NCBI GenBank assembly: GCA_020635695.1
Contig: JACJZH010000007.1
Location: 417-64,416, forward strand
From: Flavobacteriales bacterium
GTDB lineage: Bacteria; Bacteroidota; Bacteroidia; Flavobacteriales_F; PHOS-HE28
DNA: 64,000 nucleotides
Reading direction: 5' to 3'
Shown: piece after piece, positions 20,167 to 28,567 of the stretch
How positions within the stretch are numbered: position 1 is the first letter of the stretch
Layout of the letters: each line of letters opens with the position of its first letter
Position numbers and translations under genes: made by a program
Notes under the pieces: generated by a model
The model's input: only the letters and a program-made list of their open reading frames with translations
The model's database searches: none
What the model was told of the DNA's origin: nothing

Positions 20167-20258
20167 CGGATACCGGGCGGTGAAGGTGCCGCCACCCGCG
20201 TGAAGCCAATGTTACGTCCATGCAAGTTCATGTGCCGTTGTCCACGATCGCCTGCCCC

Positions 20259-20266
20259 TATTTTCG
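20259..20266 (+). promoter_or_regulatory. -7 box variant TATTTTCG upstream of trmB
   Basis: TAnnTTCG lies 18 nt before the ATG at 20284. Confidence 0.35.
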
Positions 20267-20283
20267 CGGACCCTTCCACCGGC

Positions 20284-20964
20284 ATGGGCAAGAACAAACA
20301 GTTCCGCTTCGCGGAGAACCGCACGTTCCAACACGTGGTGCAGCCCACGTTCGCGGAGCTGATGGAGGGCCGCTTCCCGCTGCGTGGCCGGTGGAACAGC
20401 GACTTCTTCCAGCGGGATGCTCCCCTGGTGCTGGAGCTGGGTTGTGGCAAGGGCGAGTACACCATCGGGCTCTCGCGCCTGGAGCCGCAGCACAATCACC
20501 TGGGGGTCGACATCAAGGGCGCACGCATCTGGCGGGGTGCCCGTACGGTGAAGGAGGAGGGGCTTGCCCATACCGGCTTCCTGCGCACGCACGTGGACCA
20601 CCTGACCAAGGCCTTCGCGCCGGGCGAGGTGGATGCCATCTGGCTCACCTTCAGCGATCCGCAGCTGGGCAAACCGCGCAAGCGCCTCACCAGTCCGCTT
20701 TTCCTGGACCGCTACCGCGAGGTGTTGAAGCCCGGAGGCCTGGTGCACCTGAAGACGGACAGTCCGGTGCTTTACGAATACACCTTGGAACAGATCGCCG
20801 AGCAGGGACTGCCTCTGCTGGAGCACAGTGACAACGTGTACGCCGACCTCGTGCATCGCGTGGGTCCCGGGGAGCAGGCCATCCTGAACATCCGCACCTT
20901 CTATGAGCGCATGTGGCTGCTTGAGGGCAGGATCATCCACTACGTGCGTTTCGCGATCTCCTGA
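20284..20964 (+). CDS. trmB: tRNA (guanine-N7)-methyltransferase
   Basis: LELGCGKGEYTIGL..HLGVDIKGARIW..WLTFSDPQ..KRLTS..LKPGGLVHLKTD motifs, from the internal ATG at 20284. Confidence 0.9.
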   Translation: MGKNKQFRFAENRTFQHVVQPTFAELMEGRFPLRGRWNSDFFQRDAPLVLELGCGKGEYTIGLSRLEPQHNHLGVDIKGARIWRGARTVKEEGLAHTGFLRTHVDHLTKAFAPGEVDAIWLTFSDPQLGKPRKRLTSPLFLDRYREVLKPGGLVHLKTDSPVLYEYTLEQIAEQGLPLLEHSDNVYADLVHRVGPGEQAILNIRTFYERMWLLEGRIIHYVRFAIS

Positions 20965-20967
20965 ACC

Positions 20968-21330
20968 ATGGCCAAGCAGGTGATCGCTGGGGCGGTGCAG
21001 GAGCGCGACTTCTTTGCCGATGTGATGGACGTGGTGCGCCGCATCCCACGGGGCCGCGTGACCAGCTATGGCGCGATCGCCCGCTGCCTGGGAGCAGCGC
21101 GCAGCAGCCGGATCGTGGGTTACTGCATGAACAACAGCCACACGGTGGATCCACCCGTTCCCGCTCATCGTGTGGTGAACCGCAATGGCGTCCTTACCGG
21201 GAAGCACCACTTTGCCACGCCCGATCGCATGCAGGAATTGCTCCAGGCCGAAGGCATCACCGTGCAGGATGACCGGGTGGTGGAGTTCGCAGAGCGCTTC
21301 TGGGACCCGGCCGTGGAGCTCGGCCTGTGA
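20968..21330 (+). CDS. MGMT-family DNA-binding protein lacking the acceptor cysteine (alkyltransferase-like, ATL)
   Basis: IPRGRVTSYGAIA.. helix-turn-helix region. PAHRVVN replaces the canonical PCHRV active site. Confidence 0.8.
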   Translation: MAKQVIAGAVQERDFFADVMDVVRRIPRGRVTSYGAIARCLGAARSSRIVGYCMNNSHTVDPPVPAHRVVNRNGVLTGKHHFATPDRMQELLQAEGITVQDDRVVEFAERFWDPAVELGL

Positions 21331-21360
21331 ACGATCATTGACCGCGAAGGTCATCGGGGG

Positions 21361-21368
21361 TACCTTCG
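21361..21368 (+). promoter_or_regulatory. -7 box variant TACCTTCG
   Basis: It lies 5 nt before the ATG at 21373. Confidence 0.35.
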
Positions 21369-21372
21369 GACC

Positions 21373-21801
21373 ATGGACGCGATCAGGCAGGACACCATCA
21401 TCATCCGCGATGATGCCGATGCCTTGGTGCTGGTGGACCCCCGCAGTGGCAGGCTTACGCTCCGTTGGCGGTGGGCCGTACCGGGCGAGACCTACCGAAG
21501 CGTGTTGCTCGAGGTCGCCGAGGCCATCTCGAAGCACGAACTCGTCTCCTGGATGAGCGATTCCCGGCAGATGGGCGCCATCCTGCATGCGGACACCGAG
21601 TGGACGATGGACGAGCTGACCCCGCGGTTGAAGGGCACATCGCTGAAACGAGTGGCGGTGCTGAACAGCTCGGACTTCATCCATCAGATGGCCGCCGGAC
21701 GCATGGCGGCCGAGGCGGACCCCTCCGTGCCCTACGATGTGCTCTTCTTCGATGCCGCCGATGAGGCCGAACGCTGGCTGAAGGAGGTGGAGCGCTCGTG
21801 A
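21373..21801 (+). CDS. Hypothetical protein (possibly SpoIIAA/STAS-like fold)
   Basis: 142-aa ORF with coding-like composition, in an otherwise unassigned gap. No diagnostic motif. Confidence 0.5.
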   Translation: MDAIRQDTIIIRDDADALVLVDPRSGRLTLRWRWAVPGETYRSVLLEVAEAISKHELVSWMSDSRQMGAILHADTEWTMDELTPRLKGTSLKRVAVLNSSDFIHQMAAGRMAAEADPSVPYDVLFFDAADEAERWLKEVERS

Positions 21802-21823
21802 ACGTCCCGCCCTGGTGGGACGT

Positions 21824-21831
21824 TAGCTTTG
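21824..21831 (+). promoter_or_regulatory. -7 box TAGCTTTG
   Basis: Exact TAnnTTTG. It overlaps the TTG at 21829, which favours the ATG at 21841 as the start. Confidence 0.45.
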
Positions 21832-21840
21832 CAGCACGCC

Positions 21841-22905
21841 ATGGCCATCACGCACGACGCCGTACGCGAGGTGCTCTCCCGCATCCTCGAACCCGACCTC
21901 AAGAAGGACATCATCACCCTCGACCTGGTCCGGACGATCAAGGTCGAAGGCAACACCATCAGCGTGGAGGTGGAGGTGAGCAACCCCGCCATGCACAGCC
22001 GCAAGCGCATGGAGGAGGCCGTCACCTTCCAGCTGCGGCAGGCCTTCGGGAAGGAGGTCGGGGTGTTCGTGAACGTGTCGGCGCTTAGCGGTGAACGCGG
22101 CAACCTGCGCAAGGTGCTGCCCGGGGTGAAGCACATCGTGGCCGTGGCCAGTGGCAAGGGTGGTGTGGGCAAGAGCACCGTCACGGCCAACCTGGCCGCC
22201 GGCCTGGCACGGGAAGGCCTGCGGGTCGGTCTGGTCGATGCCGACATCCACGGGCCCAGCATGCCCATGATGTTCGATGTGCTGCAGGAAAAGCCGCGCA
22301 CCCTGGAGAAGGACGGCAAACACTGGATCGTGCCGGTGGAAAGCCATGGTGTGAAGCTGCTCAGCATCGGATTCTTCGCGGCGCCCGATCAGGCCGTCGC
22401 CTGGCGTGGGCCCATGGCCAGCAAGGCGTTGGAGCAGCTCTTCAAGGATGCCGACTGGGGTGAATTGGACGTACTGCTCGTGGACCTTCCGCCGGGCACC
22501 GGTGACATCCACCTCTCCCTGGTGCAGGCCGTGCCGCTCACCGGCGCCATCATCGTGAGCACGCCGCAGCCCGTGGCCCTGGCCGATGCGCGCAAGGGCG
22601 TGGGCCTCTTCCGCCTGCCCAGCGTGAACGTGCCCGTGCTCGGCATCGTGGAGAACATGGCCTGGTTCACCCCGGAGGAACTGCCGGAGAACCGCTACTA
22701 CATCTTCGGGCATGGCGGTGCCCGGGCCCTGGCGGACGAGTTGAAGGTGCCCTTCCTCGCCGAGGTGCCGCTGGTGCAGAGCATCCGGGAAGCGGGCGAT
22801 GCAGGTCGCCCCGCGGTGCTCCAGGGCGACACCCCCGCAGGCCGCGCGTTCGCCGACCTTTGCCGGGCGGTGGCCGAACGCCTGGAGCAACCCGTCACCG
22901 CCTGA
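21841..22905 (+). CDS. mrp: Mrp/NBP35 (ApbC) family Fe-S cluster carrier ATPase
   Basis: N-terminal DUF59-like region, deviant Walker A VASGKGGVGKSTVTANLA, and a downstream CxxC-type region. The listed ORF starts at 21829. Confidence 0.9.
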   Translation: MAITHDAVREVLSRILEPDLKKDIITLDLVRTIKVEGNTISVEVEVSNPAMHSRKRMEEAVTFQLRQAFGKEVGVFVNVSALSGERGNLRKVLPGVKHIVAVASGKGGVGKSTVTANLAAGLAREGLRVGLVDADIHGPSMPMMFDVLQEKPRTLEKDGKHWIVPVESHGVKLLSIGFFAAPDQAVAWRGPMASKALEQLFKDADWGELDVLLVDLPPGTGDIHLSLVQAVPLTGAIIVSTPQPVALADARKGVGLFRLPSVNVPVLGIVENMAWFTPEELPENRYYIFGHGGARALADELKVPFLAEVPLVQSIREAGDAGRPAVLQGDTPAGRAFADLCRAVAERLEQPVTA

Positions 22906-22908
22906 GCC

Positions 22909-23175
22909 ATGCTGAACGCACGCGACATCCGTACCGCTGGCGAGCGCATCGAGCAGGCGCTCACCGAACTGCGTCCCTTCCTGGAGGCCGATGGTGGCGA
23001 CATCACCCTGGAGGAGGTGACCCCTGAAGGTGTGGCCCGCGTGCGCCTGCATGGGGCCTGCCGCACCTGCACCATGAGCGCCATGACCCTGAAGGCCGGG
23101 GTGGAAGATGCCATTCGCCGCGTGGCGCCCGCCGTGCAGCGTGTGGAGGCCATCGCCCCGAAGGAGCCCGCCTGA
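22909..23175 (+). CDS. NifU-like C-terminal domain protein (Fe-S assembly)
   Basis: LRPFLEADGGDITLEEV..RLHGACRTCTMSAMTLK CxxC motif. Confidence 0.85.
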   Translation: MLNARDIRTAGERIEQALTELRPFLEADGGDITLEEVTPEGVARVRLHGACRTCTMSAMTLKAGVEDAIRRVAPAVQRVEAIAPKEPA

Positions 23176-23257
23176 GCATCCCCGACGAACCTTGTCCTCC
23201 GCCGGATGTTCCTTCGGGAACACCTGACGCCCGTCAGACCCCGGACTCCTGCCGCCG

Positions 23258-23265
23258 TACCTTTG
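23258..23265 (+). promoter_or_regulatory. -7 box TACCTTTG upstream of korA
   Basis: Exact TAnnTTTG, 13 nt before the ATG at 23278. Confidence 0.45.
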
Positions 23266-23277
23266 CAGGGCTTTTCC

Positions 23278-25154
23278 ATGGACACCCCCACCCGGACCCG
23301 CACCATCGAGCAACGGAAGAACGTCGTGATCCTCTTCGCCGGTGATTCCGGTGATGGGATCCAGCTCACCGGCAGCCAGTTCACCGACACGAACGCGCTG
23401 TTCGGCAACGACGTCAGCACCTTCCCCAATTTTCCCGCCGAGATCCGCGCACCCCAGGGCACCCTGGCCGGCGTGAGCGGCTACCAGCTGCACTTCGGCA
23501 GCGTGGAGGTGTTCACCCCGGGCGACCAGTGCGACACGCTGGTGGTGATGAACGCCGCGGCGCTCAAGGCCAACCTGTCCAAGCTGAAGAAGGGCGGCAT
23601 CATCATCGCCAACCGCGATGGATTCGATGCGAAGAACCTCCGGCTGGCCGGCTATCCGGACGACGCCCGACCGCTTGGAGGACGGGTCCCTGGCCAACTA
23701 CACCGTGCACGCCATCGACGTCACCAAGATGACGCGGGCATCGCTGGAGGGCACCACGCTCGGCACCAAGGAGAAGGACCGGTGCAAGAACATGTTCGTG
23801 CTGGGCTTCATCAACTGGATGTACGACCGGGGGCTGGAGCCCACGGAGCGCTTCCTGGAGCAGAAGTTCGGCCGCAAGCCGGAGATCCTGGAGGCCAACC
23901 GCCTGGCGCTGAAGGCGGGCTTCGACTTCGGCGACACCAGCGAGACCTTCACCACGCGCTTCGAGGTGAAGCCCGCCCCGCTGCCCAAGGGCACGTACCG
24001 CGCCATCAACGGGAACCAGGGCATCGCGCTGGGCCTGGTGGCGGCCGCGCAGCAGGCGGGGCTCGACCTCTTCTACGGCAGCTACCCGATCACCCCGGCC
24101 AGCGACATCCTGCATGAGCTGGCCAAGCACAAGCGGTTCGGGGTGAAGACCTTCCAGGCGGAGGACGAGATCGCCGCCATCTGCTCCGCCATCGGGGCCA
24201 GCTACGGCGGTGCCTTGGGCGTCACCGCGAGCTCCGGTCCGGGCATCGCGCTCAAGACCGAGGCCCTCGGCCTGGCCATGATGCTGGAGCTTCCGCTGGT
24301 GGTGGTGAACGTGCAGCGCGGCGGGCCCAGCACCGGCCTGCCCACCAAGACCGAGCAGGCCGACCTCTGGCAGGCCATCCACGGCCGCAATGGCGAGGCG
24401 CCGATCCCGGTGATCGCCGCCAGCACACCGGTGGATTGTTTCGAGATGGCCTTTGAGGCCGCCAGGCTGGCCATCGAGCACATGACGCCGGTGATGTTGC
24501 TCAGCGATGGCTTCATCGCCAACGGCTCGGAACCCTGGCGTTTTCCGCAGGCCAAGGACCTGGCACCGATCGTACCGCCCTTCGCCAGGCCGGTGGGAGA
24601 GGATGGTGTGGCGGCGGAGCAGTTCCTGCCCTATGTGCGCGACGAGCGCGGCGTGCGCCCCTGGGCCGTGCCGGGCATGAAGGGCTTGCAGCACCGCATC
24701 GGCGGGCTGGAGAAGGAGGACCGCACCGGCAACGTGAGCTACGACCCGGTGAACCACGAGAAGATGGTCCGGTTGCGCGCCGACAAGGTGGCCCGGATCG
24801 CCGATACTTTCCGCCCCATCCGACTGGACAGCGGTCCCGATGAAGGCGACTTGCTGATCGTGGGCTGGGGTTCCACCTACGGGGCGCTGCGCACCGCATC
24901 CCTCGCCCTGCAGGAGGAAGGCCACCTGGTGGCTCACGTGCACCTGCGGCACATGTTCCCCTTCAATCCGGGTCTCGGGAGCGCTGATGCAGCGCTACCG
25001 CAAGGTGCTCGTGCCGGAGATGAACAGCGGTCAGCTGCGCCAGCTCATCCGCTCGGAGTTCCTCATTGATGCGCGCGGCTTCAACAAGGTGCAGGGCCTG
25101 CCCTTCATGGCCGAGGAGGTCCGGGCGGCCGCGCTCCAATTCCTGAACGAATGA
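23278..25154 (+). CDS. korA: 2-oxoglutarate/2-oxoacid:ferredoxin oxidoreductase alpha subunit (two frameshifts as sequenced, near 23660-23675 and 24965-24985)
   Basis: [15 protein letters not shown].. in ORF 23206..24117 continues as [39 protein letters not shown] in ORF 23618..25069. The tail [25 protein letters not shown] is in a third frame and ends at 25154. Confidence 0.85.
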
Positions 25155-26183
25155 GCACCACCAACGGCACCGCACCCGCCGCACGGATCGACTACGCCAG
25201 CGACCAGGAGGTGCGCTGGTGCCCCGGTTGCGGCGACTACTCCATCCTGAAGCAGGTCGAGACCATCCTCAAGGAGCAGGGCCGGCCCAAGGAGGAGCTC
25301 GTCTTCATCAGCGGCATCGGCTGCAGCTCGCGCTTCCCGTACTACCTGGACACCTACGGCATGCACGGGATCCACGGCCGTGCCCCCGCCATCGTGAGCG
25401 GCCTGCGCAGCGTGCGCCCCGAGCTGAGCGTATGGATGATCACCGGCGACGGCGACTCGCTGAGCATCGGCGGCAACCACCTGATCCACCTGCTGCGGCG
25501 CAACGTGGACGTGAACATCCTGCTCTTCAACAACGAGATCTACGGCCTCACCAAGGGCCAGTACTCGCCCACCAGTCCCGAGGGGGCGGTCACGCGCAGC
25601 ACGCCCATGGGCAGCACGGACCATCCCTTCAACCCGATGGCCCTGTGCAAGGGCGCCGGATGGCACTTTCCTGGCACGCGCCATGGACCGCGATCCCAAG
25701 CAGCTGCGCGAGGTGCTCACCCGCGCCGATGCCCACCGCGGCGCCAGCCTGGTGGAGGTCTACCAGAACTGCAACGTGTTCAACGACGGGGCCTTCGAAG
25801 TCTTCACCGACAAGGCCTCCAAGCCCTTCCACACCATCTTCGTGGAGCACGGGAAGCCGCTCGTCTTCGCCAACGGCACCAAGGGCATCCGGCTGGACTG
25901 CATGCGTCCCATGGTGGTGGACCTGGAGGGTGGTGAATGGACCGCGGACGACTGTTGGGTGCACGACGAGCGCGACCCCTACAAGGCCTCCATCCTCGTG
26001 CGCCTGTTCGAGGACCCGACCGAGGAGGGCGCCATGCCGCGGCCCTTCGGCGTGTTCTATCAAGCGGACCGCCCCACCCACGAGGAGAAGCTGAACGCCC
26101 AGGTGCAGCGCGCCCGCGAGAAGCAGGGCGCCGGCGACCTCGACGAGTTGCTCCGAGGCCAGCACGTGTGGACGATCGGTTGA
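25151..26183 (+). CDS. korB: 2-oxoglutarate/2-oxoacid:ferredoxin oxidoreductase beta subunit (frameshift near 25655-25665)
   Basis: [31 protein letters not shown]-binding motifs (25151..25936). It continues as [29 protein letters not shown] in ORF 25683..26183. ATGA overlap with korA. Confidence 0.85.
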
Positions 26184-26185
26184 AA

Positions 26186-26210
26186 CTGGGCCACCGGCTT
26201 CAAGCCGGTG
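26186..26210 (+). repeat. REP-like hairpin 1 (CCACCGGCTT C AAGCCGGTGG)
   Basis: Perfect 10-bp stem. It starts 3 nt after the korB stop. Confidence 0.7.
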
Positions 26211-26274
26211 GTAATAGCTTGGCAGGGTCTCGAATGCCCCTTGGTCTCCTGTCGTTCGACCAGTTCAGGCCTGC

Positions 26275-26907
26275 ATGAACAGCGACGGTCACGTTCTCGA
26301 GGACCCATTCTTGGATCCGGACCTGGAGGTCTTGCATACGCGGAGGAACCTCCCACATTGGAACCAGCAGGGAAAGCTCTACTTCGTCACATGGCGCCTG
26401 GCGGACAGCCTTCCCAAGGAAGCGCTGGCCCGGCTCGAGAGCGACAGGAAGGCCTGGCTGCGTCAACATGGTGACATACCGCTGTCAGCCATGGAGCCCT
26501 TGGTGAAGCAGGAGTGGTACCGCCTGTTCCACCATCGCGTGCAGACCTGGCTCGATGCCGGTCACGGATCGTGCGTTCTGCGTCGCGCGGAAGTGTGCCG
26601 TATCCTGTGCGACGCCCTGCACCATTTCCATGGCGAACGCTACCACCTGGGCAGTTTCGCGATCGCCGGGAACCATGTGCACGTGCTTGTTGCGCCCCAT
26701 GCCGGGATCGAGCTCTCTCGCGTGGTCCATAGCTGGAAGTCCTTCACATCCAATGCCATCAACAATACGCTGGGGCGTTCCGGACGTCTGTGGATGGACG
26801 AGTACTTCGACCGTATCCTGCGGAACCAACTACACCTGGAACGGGTGGAGGACTACATCGCTGCGCATGTGGAGCAGGGGGCTTATGTGGAGCGGAGGAT
26901 GAGTTGA
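26275..26907 (+). CDS. IS200/IS605-like Y1 (HUH) transposase, REP-associated tyrosine transposase (RAYT)-like
   Basis: RRNLPHW..GKLYFVTWRLADSLP N-terminus, HUH motif GNHVHVLV, and a C-terminal DEYFDRILR..VEDYIAAH tyrosine region. The G+C looks locally lower by eye. Confidence 0.7.
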   Translation: MNSDGHVLEDPFLDPDLEVLHTRRNLPHWNQQGKLYFVTWRLADSLPKEALARLESDRKAWLRQHGDIPLSAMEPLVKQEWYRLFHHRVQTWLDAGHGSCVLRRAEVCRILCDALHHFHGERYHLGSFAIAGNHVHVLVAPHAGIELSRVVHSWKSFTSNAINNTLGRSGRLWMDEYFDRILRNQLHLERVEDYIAAHVEQGAYVERRMS

Positions 26908-26910
26908 GCG

Positions 26911-26929
26911 CACCGGCTGGGTGCCGGTG
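26911..26929 (+). repeat. REP-like hairpin 2 (CACCGGC TGGGT GCCGGTG)
   Basis: 7-bp stem in the same orientation as hairpin 1. It forms a convergent doublet with hairpin 3. Confidence 0.55.
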
Positions 26930-26942
26930 GTCGAGGTCAGCT

Positions 26943-26967
26943 CACCGGCTGGAAGCCGGTGGCCCAG
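26943..26967 (-). repeat. REP-like hairpin 3, an inverted copy of hairpin 1
   Basis: The reverse complement CTGGGCCACCGGCTTCCAGCCGGTG differs from 26186-26210 at one loop base. It ends 1 nt before the nadE stop codon. Confidence 0.7.
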
Positions 26968-26968
26968 G

Positions 26969-27760
26969 TCAGTCCTTCCACTCCTCCGGCACCAGGCACA
27001 CCGGGATCGGCTCCATCTTGTGGCGGTTGGCGGCGTGCAGGCGGTCGTAGATGGCCAGCACCTCGCGCTGGCGATCGGTGAGCTCGGTATGCCGGCCCAC
27101 CCCCTTGGCGCGCATGGCCATGGCCCATTCCAGTTCGGGGTAGCTGGCGCCGATCTGGTCCTCGTCGGTGCGGGCATCGCCCCAGAGGCCGTCGGTGGGT
27201 GGCGCCTCCAGGATGCTTTCGATCACGCCCAGCTCACGGGCCACGGCGTACACCTCGGTCTTGGTCAGGTCGGCGATCGGGCTCAGGTCCACACCGCCGT
27301 CGCCGTACTTGGTGAAGAAGCCCACGCCGAAGTCCTCGACCTTGTTCCCCGTGCCGGCGACCAGGAACCGCAGCAACCCGGCGAAGTAGTAGAGCACCGT
27401 CATGCGCAAGCGGGCTCGGGTATTGGCCAGGCTCAATTCCATGCCGCCCTCATCGTCCTTGGGCAGGGCATCGACCAACTGGTCGAACACGGGTGTCAGT
27501 TGCACCACCTCCATGCGCACGTTCGGGTGCCGCTCGCGCAGCCAGGTGATGTGGTCCTGGGCGCGGGTCACCTGATCGAAGGCCTGGTGGATGGGCATCT
27601 CCACACACAGCGTGGCCAGTCCGGTCCGGGCGCAGAGCGCACTGGTGACGGCGCTGTCGATGCCGCCGCTCACGCCCACGACGAAACCCTTCTGCCCGGC
27701 CTGTTCGCAGTAGTCCTTCAGCCAGGTGGTGATGTGCTCGATGACCTTGTTCGCTTGCAT
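26969..27760 (-). CDS. nadE: Ammonia-dependent NAD+ synthetase
   Basis: GFVVGVSGGIDSAVTSALC PP-loop (SGGxDS) and FGVGFFTKYGDGGVDLSPI motifs. Confidence 0.9.
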   Translation of the reverse strand: MQANKVIEHITTWLKDYCEQAGQKGFVVGVSGGIDSAVTSALCARTGLATLCVEMPIHQAFDQVTRAQDHITWLRERHPNVRMEVVQLTPVFDQLVDALPKDDEGGMELSLANTRARLRMTVLYYFAGLLRFLVAGTGNKVEDFGVGFFTKYGDGGVDLSPIADLTKTEVYAVARELGVIESILEAPPTDGLWGDARTDEDQIGASYPELEWAMAMRAKGVGRHTELTDRQREVLAIYDRLHAANRHKMEPIPVCLVPEEWKD

Positions 27761-27777
27761 GTCGGGTGTGGAATGAA

Positions 27778-27805
27778 GAAGCCCCGCGAAGGTCCGCAGG
27801 GCTTC
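27778..27805 (-). terminator. Hairpin between the beta-barrel gene and nadE
   Basis: 11-bp stem with one mismatch (GAAGCCCTGCG/CGCGGGGCTTC on the minus strand), followed by a T-rich TTCATTCC. Confidence 0.4.
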
Positions 27806-27826
27806 CGAAAGGGTCCATGATCCGGA

Positions 27827-28567
27827 TCAGAAGAACACGCCGAGGGTGAGCTCGATGTAGTCGCTGTAGACCTTCGCCTTCTTCCCGTTGAACTCCACGT
27901 CGTTCAGGATGTTCGTGAAGCTGTTGTTGTAGGTGATGCCGGCCAGCACGGAGGTGGTCCCGGCGAAGTTGTACTCCAGCCCGCCGCCGATGATCAGCCC
28001 CGCCTTGAAGACGTTGATGTCGTCCTTGATGTCCTCGTCCTCGAGCGTCTCGAACGACTCCACGAAGGCCTCGCCCGGCGGGTCGAAGTACACCGGTCGC
28101 GTCAGGTCCGCCTTGGCGCGGATGTTGAATGCCGCGGAGAAGCCGATCTGCCCGTAGTAGCGGATGTACCCGATCTCCGAGGTCATCAGTTTCATGGTGA
28201 GCGGCAGTTCCACGTAACGCAGCTTCACCGTGTTCTCCAACGTGGTGGTCTTCTCGGGATTGGCGGGTGCGTCGGTATAGGTGAAGTCCACCGTATAGCC
28301 GCCGCCCTGATTGTACAGGAACAGGCCCGTGGCGAAGCGGTAGTTGCCGTTCTGCCCCACCGGGAACTCGGTGAGCAGGCCGAAGGAATAGCCCAGGCGC
28401 GTGCCGTCGCTCTCGATGCCCTTGCTGTCCGGCCGGAGCCAACCCAGGTTGGGGGAGAGCTTCAGGCCGAAGCGCACACCCTCGGAGTCCTGTGCCCGGG
28501 CGCTGCCCAGGACGGCCACGGCCAGCACGGCCGCCGCGATACCCTTCTTCATAGTTTTGGCGTTCAT
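27827..28567 (-). CDS. Outer-membrane beta-barrel (porin-family/OmpA-like barrel) protein
   Basis: Signal peptide MNAKTMKKGIAAAVLAVAVLGSARAQ, alternating beta-strand pattern, and a C-terminal aromatic residue (..LTLGVFF). An alternative ATG lies at 28552. Confidence 0.7.
   Translation of the reverse strand: MNAKTMKKGIAAAVLAVAVLGSARAQDSEGVRFGLKLSPNLGWLRPDSKGIESDGTRLGYSFGLLTEFPVGQNGNYRFATGLFLYNQGGGYTVDFTYTDAPANPEKTTTLENTVKLRYVELPLTMKLMTSEIGYIRYYGQIGFSAAFNIRAKADLTRPVYFDPPGEAFVESFETLEDEDIKDDINVFKAGLIIGGGLEYNFAGTTSVLAGITYNNSFTNILNDVEFNGKKAKVYSDYIELTLGVFF
28552..28559 (+). promoter_or_regulatory. -7 box TAGTTTTG for gldB
   Basis: Exact TAnnTTTG, 7 nt before the ATG at 28566. It lies inside the first codons of the divergent gene. 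Confidence 0.45.

Larger units (their letters stand above)
26186..26967 (+). mobile_element. REPtron-like unit: RAYT-type Y1 transposase gene flanked by inverted REP-like hairpins
   Basis: The 25-nt core CTGGGCCACCGGCTTC(A/C)AGCCGGTG is present at 26186-26210 (+) and as its reverse complement at 26943-26967 (24/25 identical). Together they bracket the CDS at 26275..26907. Confidence 0.6.

Noticed and set aside
26186-26210. The hairpins at 26186-26210 and 26943-26967 read simply as the rho-independent terminators of korB and nadE.
   Set aside because: Not fully rejected, since they may double as terminators. However, neither is followed by a U tract, and their 24/25 identity in inverted orientation around a Y1-transposase gene is better explained as REP elements.
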